Assembly (NCBI GenBank): GCA_034670305.1
Contig: JAXMNT010000019.1
Location: forward strand, 1-64,000
Direction of reading: 5' to 3'
DNA from: Deltaproteobacteria bacterium
GTDB lineage: Bacteria; Myxococcota_A; Polyangia; Polyangiales; Houyiibacteriaceae
Length of the DNA: 64,000 bases
In this document: one piece after another, positions 18,744 through 29,700 of the stretch
Position numbering within the stretch: position 1 is the stretch's first letter
Layout: every line of letters begins with the position of its first letter
Program-made: the position numbers and the translations under genes
Notes under the pieces: generated by a model
The model's database searches: none
Seen by the model: the letters and a program-made list of their open reading frames with translations, nothing else
What the model was told of the DNA's origin: nothing

Positions 18744-19898
18744 TCAGAGCAAGACGTTCAACGCGATGCTCGCGGTGTTGAAGGTCGCGTGGACGGCGAT
18801 GGCGGGCCAGACCGAGCCGGTGGCGAGCCTGGACCAGCCGAACACCACGCCCATCACGAAGGGCACCACCATCGCGGCGCCGTGCTGGACGTGGAGCAGC
18901 GCGAACAAGGCGCTGCCGAACCCGATGGCGGCGGGTTTGGAGAAGAAGCGATGGAGCCAGGTCACGAGCGCGCCGCGGAAGAGCAGTTCTTCGCCGAGCG
19001 GTCCGAGCAGACCGCCGGCGAGGAGCACGAGCACGCCACCGACCACGCCGAGCTCGGCGCCGAGCAGGTGCGAGAGCGGACCGGCCATTTGCATAGGGAG
19101 CAGCACGGCGCCCCCGTCCGGAAGACCAGCGATGTGGAGCGGGCCAAGGGAGGCTTCGATCCGTGCGACCACGAGCGCGAGCGCGAGCGCCCTCGGCGCC
19201 CAGGTGAGCGCGTAGAGGTAGGTGAGGCCGAGGCCTCGACCGAGCGGCATCTTCGAGGGTTCCCGCAGGTCGCGCGAGAGCCAATAGCCACCCGCCACGA
19301 GCGTCAGTGCCTGGGCGAGCTGCGCGACGATCAACGTGCCCGGCGCGTGGCCGCCACAAGCGGTGCAGAGCGCGCTCCGGACCAGCGCAGCGACCACGAA
19401 CGATCCAGCCAACACGAGCGCGCCACCACCCAACAGCCGCAAAACCGAACGCGCTGAACCGCCGCGCCGGCGAACCACTCGGCCGAGCCCCGATGCGAGC
19501 AGCAACGCGGCGCCGAAGAAGACCAACGTGCGCCAGTCGAACTCGGGTGCCGCGTCGGCAAAGCAGGTCGCAGCGTCGCGTGCGTGGCGCGGTTCGAAGA
19601 GCCCATGCGCGCCTGCGCGTTCGGCCGCAGCGACGACCGGGCGCTCGGCGCGTGTGGTGGTGGCAGCTGCCGGCGGCGCGTAGAGCGCGACCAACACCGC
19701 CGCGCCGACGAGGGTGTCGACGAGCGCCAAGCCGAGCAGCCGACGGGCCCAACTGCGCGAGCCAGTGACGCGGGCCCTGCGGTGGGCCCAGATCGCGACG
19801 CCCCAGACGATCGGCAGGGTCGCGACCGGGATCAAGATCGCGAAGAGCAACCCGTGGTAGGCGCTTTGCTCCGCGACCCTCGGCCGAAACTCATCCAC
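18744..19898 (-). CDS. CPBP-family (type II CAAX) intramembrane glutamic endopeptidase with N-terminal membrane extension
   Basis: EELLFRG, FALLH, HATFN; many TM helices. Confidence 0.85.
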   Translation of the reverse strand: MDEFRPRVAEQSAYHGLLFAILIPVATLPIVWGVAIWAHRRARVTGSRSWARRLLGLALVDTLVGAAVLVALYAPPAAATTTRAERPVVAAAERAGAHGLFEPRHARDAATCFADAAPEFDWRTLVFFGAALLLASGLGRVVRRRGGSARSVLRLLGGGALVLAGSFVVAALVRSALCTACGGHAPGTLIVAQLAQALTLVAGGYWLSRDLREPSKMPLGRGLGLTYLYALTWAPRALALALVVARIEASLGPLHIAGLPDGGAVLLPMQMAGPLSHLLGAELGVVGGVLVLLAGGLLGPLGEELLFRGALVTWLHRFFSKPAAIGFGSALFALLHVQHGAAMVVPFVMGVVFGWSRLATGSVWPAIAVHATFNTASIALNVLL

Positions 19899-19908
19899 CG
19901 CCAGGAAA

Positions 19909-22122
19909 CTACGGCGCTTCGTCGTCCAGGGACAGGAGGAACGTCTCGAGCGCGGCGAGGTCGGGTTCGGTCAGCGCCGAGGTCGACCCATGGGCGTCCC
20001 CTGCGTTGCGTGTGGTCAGCACGTGCCGCAGCGTGGCCGCGCTGCCGTCGTGCAGGTAGGGCGCGCTCGACCACAGCCCGCGAAGCGTCGGGGTGTCGAA
20101 CCCGTCGAGTGCACCGCCGAGGCGCGCACCGCTGCCGAGACCCGCGGTGCCCACGTCGTGCCGCACATCGAGGGCGCTGTCGGTGTACCGCGACCCGCTG
20201 TGACAATCCGCGCAGCCCGCAGCAGTGAACACTTCGCCACCACGCGCGCGCCGGACATCGAAGCCGTCTTCGCCGCGCACTGGGCTGCGCCCGAAGGTGG
20301 TCAGGCTCGACACGTAGGCAGCCAACGCATCGAGGTCTGCAGACCGGCCGGCTTTGGGTGCGCCGAGCGGGTGCATCGTGGCCGTGAAGTCGGCGTCCGA
20401 GAGCAGCCCCGTGCCGCCTTGGCCGGCGCGGATGTCGTTCTCGAAGTCTTGGACCTCGTCGAAGTTGCCGGTCCAGTGCACCGGACCGTGCGCGACCCCG
20501 CCGCGACCGCGCAGCGCCACGGTGTTGCGCAGTCCTTCGCCGCGCTGGGTGAAGTCCCAGGTCAGCCCATCGCTCTGGGCATCGAGATGACAGCTCGCGC
20601 AGCTCAAGTAGCTGGTGCGGCTGATGCGTGGGTCGGCGCTCGCGTGAAACAGACGTTTGCCCTGCAACACTTCGGGCGAGAGCGGTTCGTCGTCGACGGT
20701 GGCAATCGATGCCAGTCGCACCGGCTCCGCGCTCAGCTCGGACACGTCGTACACGTGCAGCGCCCGAGAGAGATCCGCGTGCACCCAGAGGTGGCCGCCG
20801 CCGTCGAGCGCCAGACCGCGCACGCCCTGACCGACGTTCGCGATCGAGCCGACGATGTCGAAGGTGTACGCCTCGAGCACGACCACGCGCTGAGCGCCCA
20901 TCATCGAGAGGTAGAGCCGGTCGCCGATCGCACTGCTCACGATCGCCGAGGCGTAGTCGAGGTCGTCGAAGGAGAACCGACTGCTCTCTTCGTAGTCGAG
21001 CCGGTCGCCGGGCAAGAGTTCGACGAACACGGCCCGCGCGGTGGTCTGGGAGGTGAGCTCGGTCCCGGTGCGGTGCAGACCCGTCACGACGTTCGCCTTC
21101 AGTGCGCCGAGCGCGACCCGGAACCCGTCCGGGGTGAAGGCCATCGCATCGAGGAAGGACGGCACGCCGCTGTTGTCGGTGTCGCTGTCGAGGCCTTCTT
21201 GCCTTGGGAGCAAGACCTCGCGGGACAGGACGGGGTCCCCCGACACGTCCAGCACGTACACCGAGGCGCCATTCTGCTGCGCCCGCCAGCGGGTCACGAG
21301 CAGCACGCCTGCATCGCTCCATGCGAGCGCGCGCGGATCGTCCACCGCGACCTCGTCGGTGATCTCGTCGAGGAAGAACACGACCCGCCCGGCGTCCCGC
21401 AACGATGCCGCGTACGCGCTGCCATCCGGGTTCGCGACGAGGCCGTACGCGCGGGAACCGGGTGGAAGCACCACGTCGCCTCGGCGCTCGAAGGTCACCG
21501 CGTCGAACCGCCGCACGACGTCTTCGTCTTCGCAGATCACCGCCACCTCGTCGGCTCGGACGGCCACCGTGCGGGGCCCGTCGCAGGTTTCGAGGAGCGC
21601 CGCTCGGGTCCGGGTCGTCGCGTCTACGACCACCACTTGGTCGGCGTCGGTGGTGACCGCCCAGATCCGATCCCGCGCCGCGTCGTACGCGATCGGGGAA
21701 GACCGGGTGGGCGCCTGCTCGGCCGGACGCAGCACCGCGGTGATGCTCCTGGTCGCGCTGCGCGCGCCCGCCCGCACGCCGATCGCGTACGAGCCGGGCA
21801 CGGTCCACCTGTGGCACGCCTCTGCGGCCGGCACGGTGTCGCTCGAGCCGTCGCCCCAGAAGAACTCGTACGAGTCGGCGAAGAGCCCGGTGCGGTAACA
21901 CGCCTCTTCGTCCACGACCGGAAACGCCGGACCGTCGAGACCGCCTGCCGGGTTCGTGTCCGGCGCCGGCGCGTCCATGCCCGCATCCAACGCGCCATCG
22001 CCCGCATCCGGTGCGCTGGCGTCGTCGCCTCCGCACGCGAACACGAGCCATGGCACCCACAGCCACACCCGAAACCCAAGTCGCACGCGCCGCGGGACGG
22101 GCGGTCTCCGAAACTCAGTCAC
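19909..22122 (-). CDS. Lipoprotein: PKD-like + YVTN-type beta-propeller + di-heme cytochrome c (peroxidase/MauG superfamily) domain
   Basis: Lipobox VFAC; WGDG...HRW..PGSY; propeller repeats; CASCH and CADCH; RNT..LRG, HWTG, TPTLRGLWSSAPYLHDGSA; start GTG 22122 or 22068. Confidence 0.85.
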   Translation of the reverse strand: MTEFRRPPVPRRVRLGFRVWLWVPWLVFACGGDDASAPDAGDGALDAGMDAPAPDTNPAGGLDGPAFPVVDEEACYRTGLFADSYEFFWGDGSSDTVPAAEACHRWTVPGSYAIGVRAGARSATRSITAVLRPAEQAPTRSSPIAYDAARDRIWAVTTDADQVVVVDATTRTRAALLETCDGPRTVAVRADEVAVICEDEDVVRRFDAVTFERRGDVVLPPGSRAYGLVANPDGSAYAASLRDAGRVVFFLDEITDEVAVDDPRALAWSDAGVLLVTRWRAQQNGASVYVLDVSGDPVLSREVLLPRQEGLDSDTDNSGVPSFLDAMAFTPDGFRVALGALKANVVTGLHRTGTELTSQTTARAVFVELLPGDRLDYEESSRFSFDDLDYASAIVSSAIGDRLYLSMMGAQRVVVLEAYTFDIVGSIANVGQGVRGLALDGGGHLWVHADLSRALHVYDVSELSAEPVRLASIATVDDEPLSPEVLQGKRLFHASADPRISRTSYLSCASCHLDAQSDGLTWDFTQRGEGLRNTVALRGRGGVAHGPVHWTGNFDEVQDFENDIRAGQGGTGLLSDADFTATMHPLGAPKAGRSADLDALAAYVSSLTTFGRSPVRGEDGFDVRRARGGEVFTAAGCADCHSGSRYTDSALDVRHDVGTAGLGSGARLGGALDGFDTPTLRGLWSSAPYLHDGSAATLRHVLTTRNAGDAHGSTSALTEPDLAALETFLLSLDDEAP

Positions 22123-23830
22123 ACCGTGCCGTGCGGAACGTGGAGCGAAAAACCTCTGCGGTCGCGTTGCCGGAGACGTCCTGCACGCCACCGGCAGGCA
22201 CGACCACCTCGTAGCGGGTGTCGGGCGCGAGTGGGCTTCGAGGGTGCGCGTTGACCACCCCTTCCTGTCCGGAGAGGAGCGCGTCGATCGGTGGTCCGAT
22301 GGGCCGGTCGGCGTCGTCGATCGGGCGCACGTACACCGAACCCGGGTGCAGCGTGGCCGCGTCGTAGGGTTCGTTGAAGGTCATGCCGACGCGCGCGCTG
22401 AGCGCGACGTTCGTGTCTCCATCCAAAGGGACCACCATGTTGATGCGCGGCGCCTGCCGGTCGGGCGTGCGCGCCCAGGGCTGGACCGCGGTCGCTTGAT
22501 CGGGCACCGCGTCGTCGTCGACGCTGACGGCGATCACGTTGCCCACCGGCACCAAGGTGTCCACGTCGCCCACGTGATCGATCCGGGCGGTGCGTGAGGG
22601 CGCGGTTCGATCGGAGATGTCGAGCACGACGCCGTGGTTGCTGAGGCCGACGAAGGCTTCGTCTTCTTTGACGAACACGTAGCCGCCGTTGGCCGGCACA
22701 TCGATCGCCTGCCAGTAGCTCTCGAGCGTCGCGCGGGTCGGGTCGGTGGTGTCGTAGATCATCAGCCCGCCGCCCAGGAGGTTGCGCGCATAGAACGCGC
22801 GGTAGCCGCTGACGTGCGCGAAGTAGGCGCTCTGCACCCGCGGCCGACCGAGCCGGTCGACGGTGCCGTCGTCCGTTCGCCAGCTCGCGCCCGGCAACGC
22901 GCGCGGGTTGCGTGGATCCGCGATGTCGACGATCGCCGAGCGGGTGCCTTCGCTCGGAAACACATACAACCGCGTGCCGATCGCATGCACGCCGCCTACG
23001 CGGAACTTCGGGCGCGGTTCGAACTGGGTCACGAGCTCGGGCGCTTCGGGATGCGTCGCATCGACCACGAAGATCCCGTTGTCGGACGCGCCGACGAACA
23101 CGTAGGGCGCCTGCCAGAACGTGCTCATCACGACCCGCGCGTAGCTGTCGGGGTACACGACGCCGGGCAGCGGCATGTCGGTGACCATCGCCGGCGCGGC
23201 CGGATCGGTGACGTCCCAGAACTGGATGCCGGTGAGCGAGGTCACGACCATGTAGCGTCGGAGCTCGCCCTCGAGGTTCGGGAGCCACGTGTAGCCGGCG
23301 GCGTGGGTCTCGCGCATGTCGTCGTGCACGACCGTGGCGACGGGCACCGGCGCGCAGGGATCGTCGAACTCGAACACGGAGATGCCACCGACGCCGCCTT
23401 CGTGCGCCCACGGCATCCAGAGGTAGCCGTCCAACATGAAGACGGTGTTGTGGTGGTCGCGGTCGCGCTCGCCGCCGTCGAGGTGCGCGCACGCGGTGCG
23501 GAGCTCGTCTTCCGTGAACGTGCGCGCCGGCCCGCCGGGACCGGCGAGCGCGGGCGGGATCGGAGGCGGTGGCTCGAAGTCGACTGGGCCTGCGTCGCGC
23601 ATGCCGCCATCCATCGCGCCGGCGTCTTCCAGCAGTTCGCAGCCGGTGGGATCCGGACCGGCGTCGAAGAACAGCCCGGTGTCCGTACCGGCATCGGGCC
23701 GGAACGCGTCCACCACCACAGCGTCGGTGGTGGCGTCGGTGCTGGCGTCGGGCGCAGACGCGTCGTCGGGCGCCGCGTCGTCGCCGCACCCGCACACTCC
23801 GACCAGAAGCAGGCTGCACAAAAGTCGCAC
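22115..23830 (-). CDS. Lipoprotein with LVIVD-like propeller repeats and C-terminal Ig-like (Big_5-type) domain
   Basis: Lipobox VCGC; repeats GIQFWDVTDPAAP, GIFVVDATHPEAP, IVDIADPRNP, VLDISDRTAP; P.DG.TNV...TFNEP...PL..DTRY.V..GGVQDVSGN. Confidence 0.8.
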   Translation of the reverse strand: MRLLCSLLLVGVCGCGDDAAPDDASAPDASTDATTDAVVVDAFRPDAGTDTGLFFDAGPDPTGCELLEDAGAMDGGMRDAGPVDFEPPPPIPPALAGPGGPARTFTEDELRTACAHLDGGERDRDHHNTVFMLDGYLWMPWAHEGGVGGISVFEFDDPCAPVPVATVVHDDMRETHAAGYTWLPNLEGELRRYMVVTSLTGIQFWDVTDPAAPAMVTDMPLPGVVYPDSYARVVMSTFWQAPYVFVGASDNGIFVVDATHPEAPELVTQFEPRPKFRVGGVHAIGTRLYVFPSEGTRSAIVDIADPRNPRALPGASWRTDDGTVDRLGRPRVQSAYFAHVSGYRAFYARNLLGGGLMIYDTTDPTRATLESYWQAIDVPANGGYVFVKEDEAFVGLSNHGVVLDISDRTAPSRTARIDHVGDVDTLVPVGNVIAVSVDDDAVPDQATAVQPWARTPDRQAPRINMVVPLDGDTNVALSARVGMTFNEPYDAATLHPGSVYVRPIDDADRPIGPPIDALLSGQEGVVNAHPRSPLAPDTRYEVVVPAGGVQDVSGNATAEVFRSTFRTARCD

Positions 23831-23882
23831 CCGCGGAGAGTAGCCAATCGCCGCGACCGGGTCCTTACGCTACGGTGCGCGC

Positions 23883-24881
23883 GTGCAGTGTTCCTCCTGC
23901 GGCCGCGCCCACGGCGAGGCAGCCAAGTTCTGCAGCCAGTGTGGCGAGCCGGTGGTCGAAGGCGTCACCCGCCCGGACATGACGGCGCCCGATCTCTCGG
24001 CGATGTCCGCGTCGACCCACAACGGGCCCTCCGAAGCGACGCTCGCGGGCATCGGCGTGGTGCCGGCGTGGCGGGTCTGGACGATGGTGGCGCTGGTCGC
24101 CGGGGTGCTGCTCGCCGTGGGCGTCGTCGCCCGTCTGCTTCTGTACACCGAAGTCGTCACCCACGGGCCCGCCGACGAAGGCGCCCCGGTCGTGATCGCG
24201 GTCGCGAGCGACGAACTCGACGAGCCGGTCGACTTCGAACCACCAGCCGGGCTCGTACCGCCGCCCCCGGAAGCGGATGCGCCCGAGACCGACATGGTGG
24301 CGCCAGCGACACCCCGGATGCGGGCCGCGCGAATGCGGGCGGAGGTGCCCGAGCCGTGGATGCAGGCGGCGCCATCGATGGCGGCCGTGCCCGCGCCCTG
24401 GAACGGAAGCAGCGGAAGCGGCAGTGGCAGTGGCAGTGGCAGCGGCAGTGGCAGTGGCAGTGGCAGTGGCAGTGGCAGTGGCAGCGGCAGCGGCACCGGC
24501 ACCGGCAGTGGCGGCAGCACCAGTGGCAGTGGCAGTGGCAGCGGCAGCGGCAGTGGCAGTGGCAGTGGCAGTGGCAGTGGCAGCACGCCGACCTCTTCCG
24601 CGGCGTATGGACCTCAGGCGCGCCGCTTGGTCGCGTCGCAGTACGGCCGCCACGTGCAGCTGTGTTTCGATCGCGGAGACGCCGAAGCCCCTGGCTTCAG
24701 CGGCAGCATCCTGATGGCCTTCATGCTCCTGCCCGACGGCCGCGTCGCCTCCACCCGCGTCGGCCGCGACACCACGGGCGCCCCCGCCGTCCAAGAATGC
24801 CTCACCCAGGCCGCACGGCACTGGCAGCTCCCGCCACCCCCGCCACGGACCCTCGAGTTCTCGATGACGTTCGCCCGCTGA
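23883..24881 (+). CDS. Zn-ribbon, TM, Ser-Gly linker, AgmX/PglI (TonB-C-like) C-terminal domain protein
   Basis: CSSC...FCSQCG; one TM; (SG)n; VQLCF...G.I...F...DGRV...VQECL...W.LP.P. Confidence 0.75.
   Translation: MQCSSCGRAHGEAAKFCSQCGEPVVEGVTRPDMTAPDLSAMSASTHNGPSEATLAGIGVVPAWRVWTMVALVAGVLLAVGVVARLLLYTEVVTHGPADEGAPVVIAVASDELDEPVDFEPPAGLVPPPPEADAPETDMVAPATPRMRAARMRAEVPEPWMQAAPSMAAVPAPWNGSSGSGSGSGSGSGSGSGSGSGSGSGSGSGTGTGSGGSTSGSGSGSGSGSGSGSGSGSGSTPTSSAAYGPQARRLVASQYGRHVQLCFDRGDAEAPGFSGSILMAFMLLPDGRVASTRVGRDTTGAPAVQECLTQAARHWQLPPPPPRTLEFSMTFAR
24405..24585 (+). repeat. In-frame (GGCAGT/GGCAGC)n hexamer tract encoding a Gly-Ser linker
   Basis: About 28 units within the 23883-24881 CDS. Confidence 0.9.
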
Positions 24882-24889
24882 AAGGGTCA

Positions 24890-25023
24890 GAGTCGGCGTC
24901 GGATTCGGCATCGGCTTCGGCGTCTGCGTCGGCGTCGGCGTCGGCTTCGGCGTCGGCTTCGGAGTCGGCTTCGGAGTCGGCTTCGGATTCGGATTCGGAT
25001 TCGGAGTCGGCTTCGGCTCCGGC
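24890..25023. repeat. Hexamer tract (GGNNTC)n between convergent genes
   Basis: ggcgtc/ggattc/ggcttc/ggagtc units filling nearly the whole intergenic gap. Confidence 0.9.
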
Positions 25024-25901
25024 TACGCAGCGCCGAGCGCGAGCAAGACTTCGTCCAGCTTCTTCGCGGCGACACTCACGCGCGTCGGCATGCCGCCGTC
25101 GAGTCCCAGCTTCTCGACCAAGTCGATCCCGCTGTCGAAGCGCGCGGCGACCGTCACGCTGCTCTCGTCGTGGACCAGCGAGATGGTCGCGAGCTCCTGT
25201 CCGAGCAAGAGCAGCGCAGTCTTGTCGTACCGATGTTCCCGCACCCGCGCGTCACAGATGGCGACGTCGCCCCGGATCTCGTAGCGGGTCGCGAGCCGTT
25301 TGGCTTCGTTCTCCATCGCGACCAGCGGACGGGCCGCGGTCTGCAGTTGTTCGAAGAGCGCGCGGTCCGTACCGCCTTCGACCAGGTAGCGGACCAAGAG
25401 GCCTTTGAGGCCGTCGTCGCGTGGCTGCGCGCGGAGCGCTCGGTCGAGCCACAGGGCGCGTTCGCTCGGTTTGCCGAGCCGGGTGTCGATCGCATGCGCG
25501 TCCGCGTCCGCACCTTCGTAGGGCTCCACGCCGGCACGGATCCACTTGGCCGCGCTGCAGAGACCGTCGAAGTCGACGTGGCAGCAGATGGTGTCGATCG
25601 CGCCCGCGCGCTCCACCATCTCTGGCGTGATGATCTCGGGACATGCCCCGTGTTCGGCCTTGGTGTGCAGCACGAAGCGTGGGTCGTCCGCGTAGTCCAC
25701 ATGTTTGTCGTGGTCGTGGTGATCGACCCACATCGCGAGCCGGTTGCCGAGCGCCGTGATGAACGGCAGCGTGACCTTCTCGAAACTCGCCCCGCCGGCC
25801 CGCGACGCGAATGCCACGTCGAGCACCACCACGCGGCCCGGAAGGTCGCTCGCTTTCGGCAACTTGCGCGGGGTTCCGTAGGCGATGTTGGGGTAAGCCA
25901 T
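25023..25901 (-). CDS. DHH-family phosphoesterase-like protein with permuted motif order
   Basis: VVVLD, WVDHHDH, then CHVDFDG, then AIDT; C-terminal DHHA1-like region ending GGMP. Confidence 0.75.
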   Translation of the reverse strand: MAYPNIAYGTPRKLPKASDLPGRVVVLDVAFASRAGGASFEKVTLPFITALGNRLAMWVDHHDHDKHVDYADDPRFVLHTKAEHGACPEIITPEMVERAGAIDTICCHVDFDGLCSAAKWIRAGVEPYEGADADAHAIDTRLGKPSERALWLDRALRAQPRDDGLKGLLVRYLVEGGTDRALFEQLQTAARPLVAMENEAKRLATRYEIRGDVAICDARVREHRYDKTALLLLGQELATISLVHDESSVTVAARFDSGIDLVEKLGLDGGMPTRVSVAAKKLDEVLLALGAA

Positions 25902-25985
25902 GCCGGAGGACTCTGGGCACGGGGGCATGGGGGCGCAAGCGATGTTTGGCGGAGGGGCAGCGAAACACGTAGCAGCCGGTGCCCA

Positions 25986-26245
25986 ATCCGAATCTGAAGC
26001 CGATGCCGACGGCCGATGCCGATGCCGAAGCCGAAGCCGATGCCGACCCCGAAGCCGATGCCGATGCCGATGCCGAACCCGACGCCGACGCCGAAGCCGA
26101 AGCCGACGCCGAAGCCGAAGCCGATGCCGACCCCGAAGCCGAAGCCGAAGCCGAAGCCGAAGCCGAAGCCGACCCCGAAGCCGAAGCCGAAGCCGGAGCC
26201 GACCCCGAAGCCGACCCCGAACCCGACGCCGAAGCCGAAGCCGAG
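25986..26245. repeat. Intergenic hexamer tract (GAAGCC/GATGCC/GACCCC)n
   Basis: About 40 units; reverse-complement orientation of the GGNNTC tracts. Confidence 0.9.
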
Positions 26246-26301
26246 GACAGGACAGGATGCGCGGTTCCCGTGGCCGTGTCCGTGGTTCGTCCGCGCCCTC
26301 C

Positions 26302-26673
26302 TCAGACGTGTTGGTCGAACAGGATGTGGTTGCCGTCGGGATCCTTGATCACGAAGTGGCCAGGACCCTTGTCGGATTCGATCGGCGCGCTCTCGGCTTC
26401 GATGCCTGCTTCCGCGAGTTGGGCTTTCAGGTCCCGGACGTCGGTGAACTCGTCGAGCGGCTCCGCGTTCTCGGACCAGCCCGGATTGAAGGTCAGCAAG
26501 TTGTCTTCGAACATGCCTTGGAACAGACCGATCTTGGTCGTGCCGTTCTGCAGGATGACGAAGTTCTGCTCTGGGTCACCGGCCACCGGCTCGAAGCCGA
26601 GCGCCTTGTAGAACACCATCGACGCGGCGAGATCCTTCACCGCGAGACTCACCGAAAAACAACCGAGCTTCAT
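26302..26673 (-). CDS. VOC/glyoxalase family protein
   Basis: [55 protein letters not shown]. Confidence 0.9.
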   Translation of the reverse strand: MKLGCFSVSLAVKDLAASMVFYKALGFEPVAGDPEQNFVILQNGTTKIGLFQGMFEDNLLTFNPGWSENAEPLDEFTDVRDLKAQLAEAGIEAESAPIESDKGPGHFVIKDPDGNHILFDQHV

Positions 26674-26734
26674 TCCATCCTCCTTGGACATCGAAGCGAC
26701 ACCCTACCCCGAGGCCGTGACACCGTCGGAGGTT

Positions 26735-29700
26735 CTAGTAGCCCACCACCTCGGTCGGGGGCGTGTGGTTGCCGCCGAGGGGCAACCCATCGCCGATCTG
26801 ACCGTTGAGATCGGTGCCCCAGCACATCACCCGGCCGTCCGCACGGCGGACGCAAACGTGACCTGTGCCTGAGCGGCTGCCACACGCGAGGTGCGTTGCG
26901 TCGACGATGGGCGCGCCACCATCCAGCGCCGCCTGCAGCACCGCCACCGCGTTGGTGGTCATGTTGCCGTCCGCGAGCTGGCCACCGCTGTCCCTGCCCG
27001 TGCACCAGACCGAGAACTGGCCTGCGACGCCGGTGCTCCGGAGCACGCAGCTGTTGTTGTCCGAGACGCAGACCTCGACGCCATCGTTGATGTCGCCCGT
27101 GCCGTCTCGCATGAGGACCGGCGTGCTGTACGCCGCTGAGTCGGCGGTGTCGCCGTTGGCGAGGGCGCCGCTGTCGGAGCTGCCCCAGCAGCGCACCTGG
27201 CCGCTCGCGTGCACGGCGCAGAAGTGGTCGGACATCCCGGTCGAGAGCGCCACGACGTCGGAGGGCAGCCCGATCACATCCTCCGGCGTGGCCGTTGCGT
27301 CGCCGGTGCCAAGATGACCGCGTCCGAGCTGACCCGATTGGTTGCGCCCCCAGCACTGGACCCGGTTGCCACCCCCGCCGAGCGGCCGCAGGGCGCAGTA
27401 CGTGCTGCGACCCGCGGTGATCGCAGTGGCGTCGGTGATGCCTCCAACCGCCGGCCCAGGTGCCGTGCGTCGTGAGGCGCCGACGACGCCAGTGCCCAGC
27501 ACGCCGTAGAGTCCTTGCCCCCAGCAGAACACCTCGCCGCCCCGGAGGACGCACGTGTTCTCTTGCGCGGCCGCGACCTGATCGACCTCGTCGATGGCGA
27601 TGGGCACCGGCGCCGCCCGGTTGGCGGTCGTGCCATCACCGAGCCGTGCGTTGCCGTTGTTGCCCCAGCACATGAGTCGGCGGTCGGGACGGATCGCGCA
27701 CGAGTGGAAGTTGGCGGCTGAGACGCCCACATAGGTTCCGATGACGGTCGGTGCGGGGATGACGTTCGAACCGAGGCCCAGCTGGTCGGCCGAGTTGGAG
27801 CCCCAACCGAGCAGCCCCCCGGTCTCCCGGAGCAGCAGGGTGTGGTCGTCGCCCGCCACGAGCTGTGCGACGCCAGACTCATCGCACATGCCGAGGGTGC
27901 CGCGTCCACAGGTGTCGCCGACACCGCAGACGTTGCCGCAACCACCGCAGTGTCCAGGGCTGGTGTCCGTGCGCACCTCGCAGCCGGAATCGAACCGAGT
28001 GTCGCAGTCGAAGAACCCGGCGGTGCACATGTCGATAGAACAGGCGCCCGCCGTGCAGGTGCCCGTCGCGTTCGGCGCGGTGCAATCCGCGTCCGCCATC
28101 TCGTCGACGGTGGAATCGCAGTCGTTGTCGATGAGATCGCAGTCTTCGGTGAACCCGGGGGCGCGCTGCGGATCCGAGTCGTCGCAGTCGCCGGTTTCGA
28201 GCGAGAAGCCGGGACCGGGATCACAGGTCTCGATCGCGCCCACCGACCCGCCGACGCCGTCACCGTCACTGTCTGGGTAGTACGTTTGCGGCGCCTCTTC
28301 GTCGACGGCCTCGTCGCAATCGTTGTCGTTGAGGTCGCAGAGCTCCGGAGCGCCTGGGAAGGTCGTGTTCGCGCCGTCGTCACAGTCGCCGGGGTTGCGG
28401 GCGCGCCCGGCCATGTCGCGGCACAAGAACACGATGGGACCATCGCTGAGTCCGAAACCGTCTCCGTCGGTGTCGACGTAGTAGGCGAAGCGCACCGAGT
28501 TCTCGTCGATGGCGGTGTCGCAGTCCTGGTCGACCCCGTCGCAGCGGTCCGCCGCGCCGGGATGAATGCTCGCGTCGCTGTCGTCGCAGTCGCCGCCGCG
28601 AGGAATGCGCGCGGGCTGCGGCTCGCAACTCTCGATGGCGGGCATGGTCTCGTCGCCGAATCCGTCGCCGTCCAGATCGAGGTACCACTGCGCCATCGCG
28701 TCGTCGCCGTCCGTGACGCCGTCGCAGTCGTTGTCTTTGCCGTCGCACAGCTCGGGCGCGCCTGGGTAGACGGTCGGGTCGGCGTCGTCGCAGTCGTTGC
28801 CGCCGCAGGTGCGGTCCGGGAAACCGTCGCCGTCGTCGTCTTCGAAGTTGCCGGGCGCGATCATGAAGTCGGCCCGTCCGTCGCAGTCGTCGTCGATCGC
28901 GTTGCAGCGTTCGCGCGCCGCGGGGTTGCGTTCGCCGTCCATGTCGTCGCAGTCGCTCGAGCGGAGCGAGTAGTCCGGGATGGGTTCGCAGCTGACGATG
29001 GTGCGATCGGAGTCCGCGCCGAAGCGGTCCCCGTCTTCGTCCACGTACCAGGTGACCGCCGCGGGGGCTTCGTCGATCAGGCTGTCGCAGTCGTTGTCCT
29101 TGCTGTCACAGATCTCGAGTTGCGCGCCGTGCACTTCCGGGTCGTCGTCGTCGCAGTCGTCGTTCACGGTCGAGAACTCCCGGGTGCCGGGACACGAGGT
29201 GATCGGCATCGACGGGTCGCCATGCAGGTCGTGGTCCATGTCCCGGAAGCCGGGCACGGACGCGCCTTCGTCGGTGAGTCCGTCGCAGTCGTTGTCGAGG
29301 AAGTCGCAGGTCTCGGCGAAGCCCGGCCGCATGTCGCGTCGTTCGTCGCTGCAGTCGTCGCCGCAGTTCAGCCCCGTCGCGCCTTCGTTGCAGCACACGT
29401 CGCTGACGAACCCATCGCCATCGGCGTCGCGGTCTCCGAAGGTCGTCGGGTCGCAGTCTTCGTCCACGTTCGCCGCGTCGCACACCTCGGTGTTGCCCGG
29501 GAAGCGGCTGGGGTTGGTGTCGTCGCAGTCCGCGCCGCCACAGGCGATGGCGTCGACGCCGTCCCCGTCCGCGTCCGCGATCACGTCGCACTGAGCGGTG
29601 CACTCGTCCGCGCCTTCGTCGCAGCGCTGGCCTTCGAGACACGGCGGCGCGCCGCGCACACAGCCGAAGCCGTCGGCTTCTTCGGCGCCTGGCGCACACT

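Noticed and set aside
17554-19752. 732-aa ORF with a (PK)n stalk
   Set aside because: Off-frame overlap with the CPBP gene plus read-through of a hexamer tract; only 17554-18456 is credible.
25900-26808. (EA/DA)n, (PK)n and (RS)n ORFs across the hexamer tract
   Set aside because: Stop-free repeats give ORFs in every frame; there is no RBS and they overlap the VOC gene antisense. Translation is not excluded but is unsupported.
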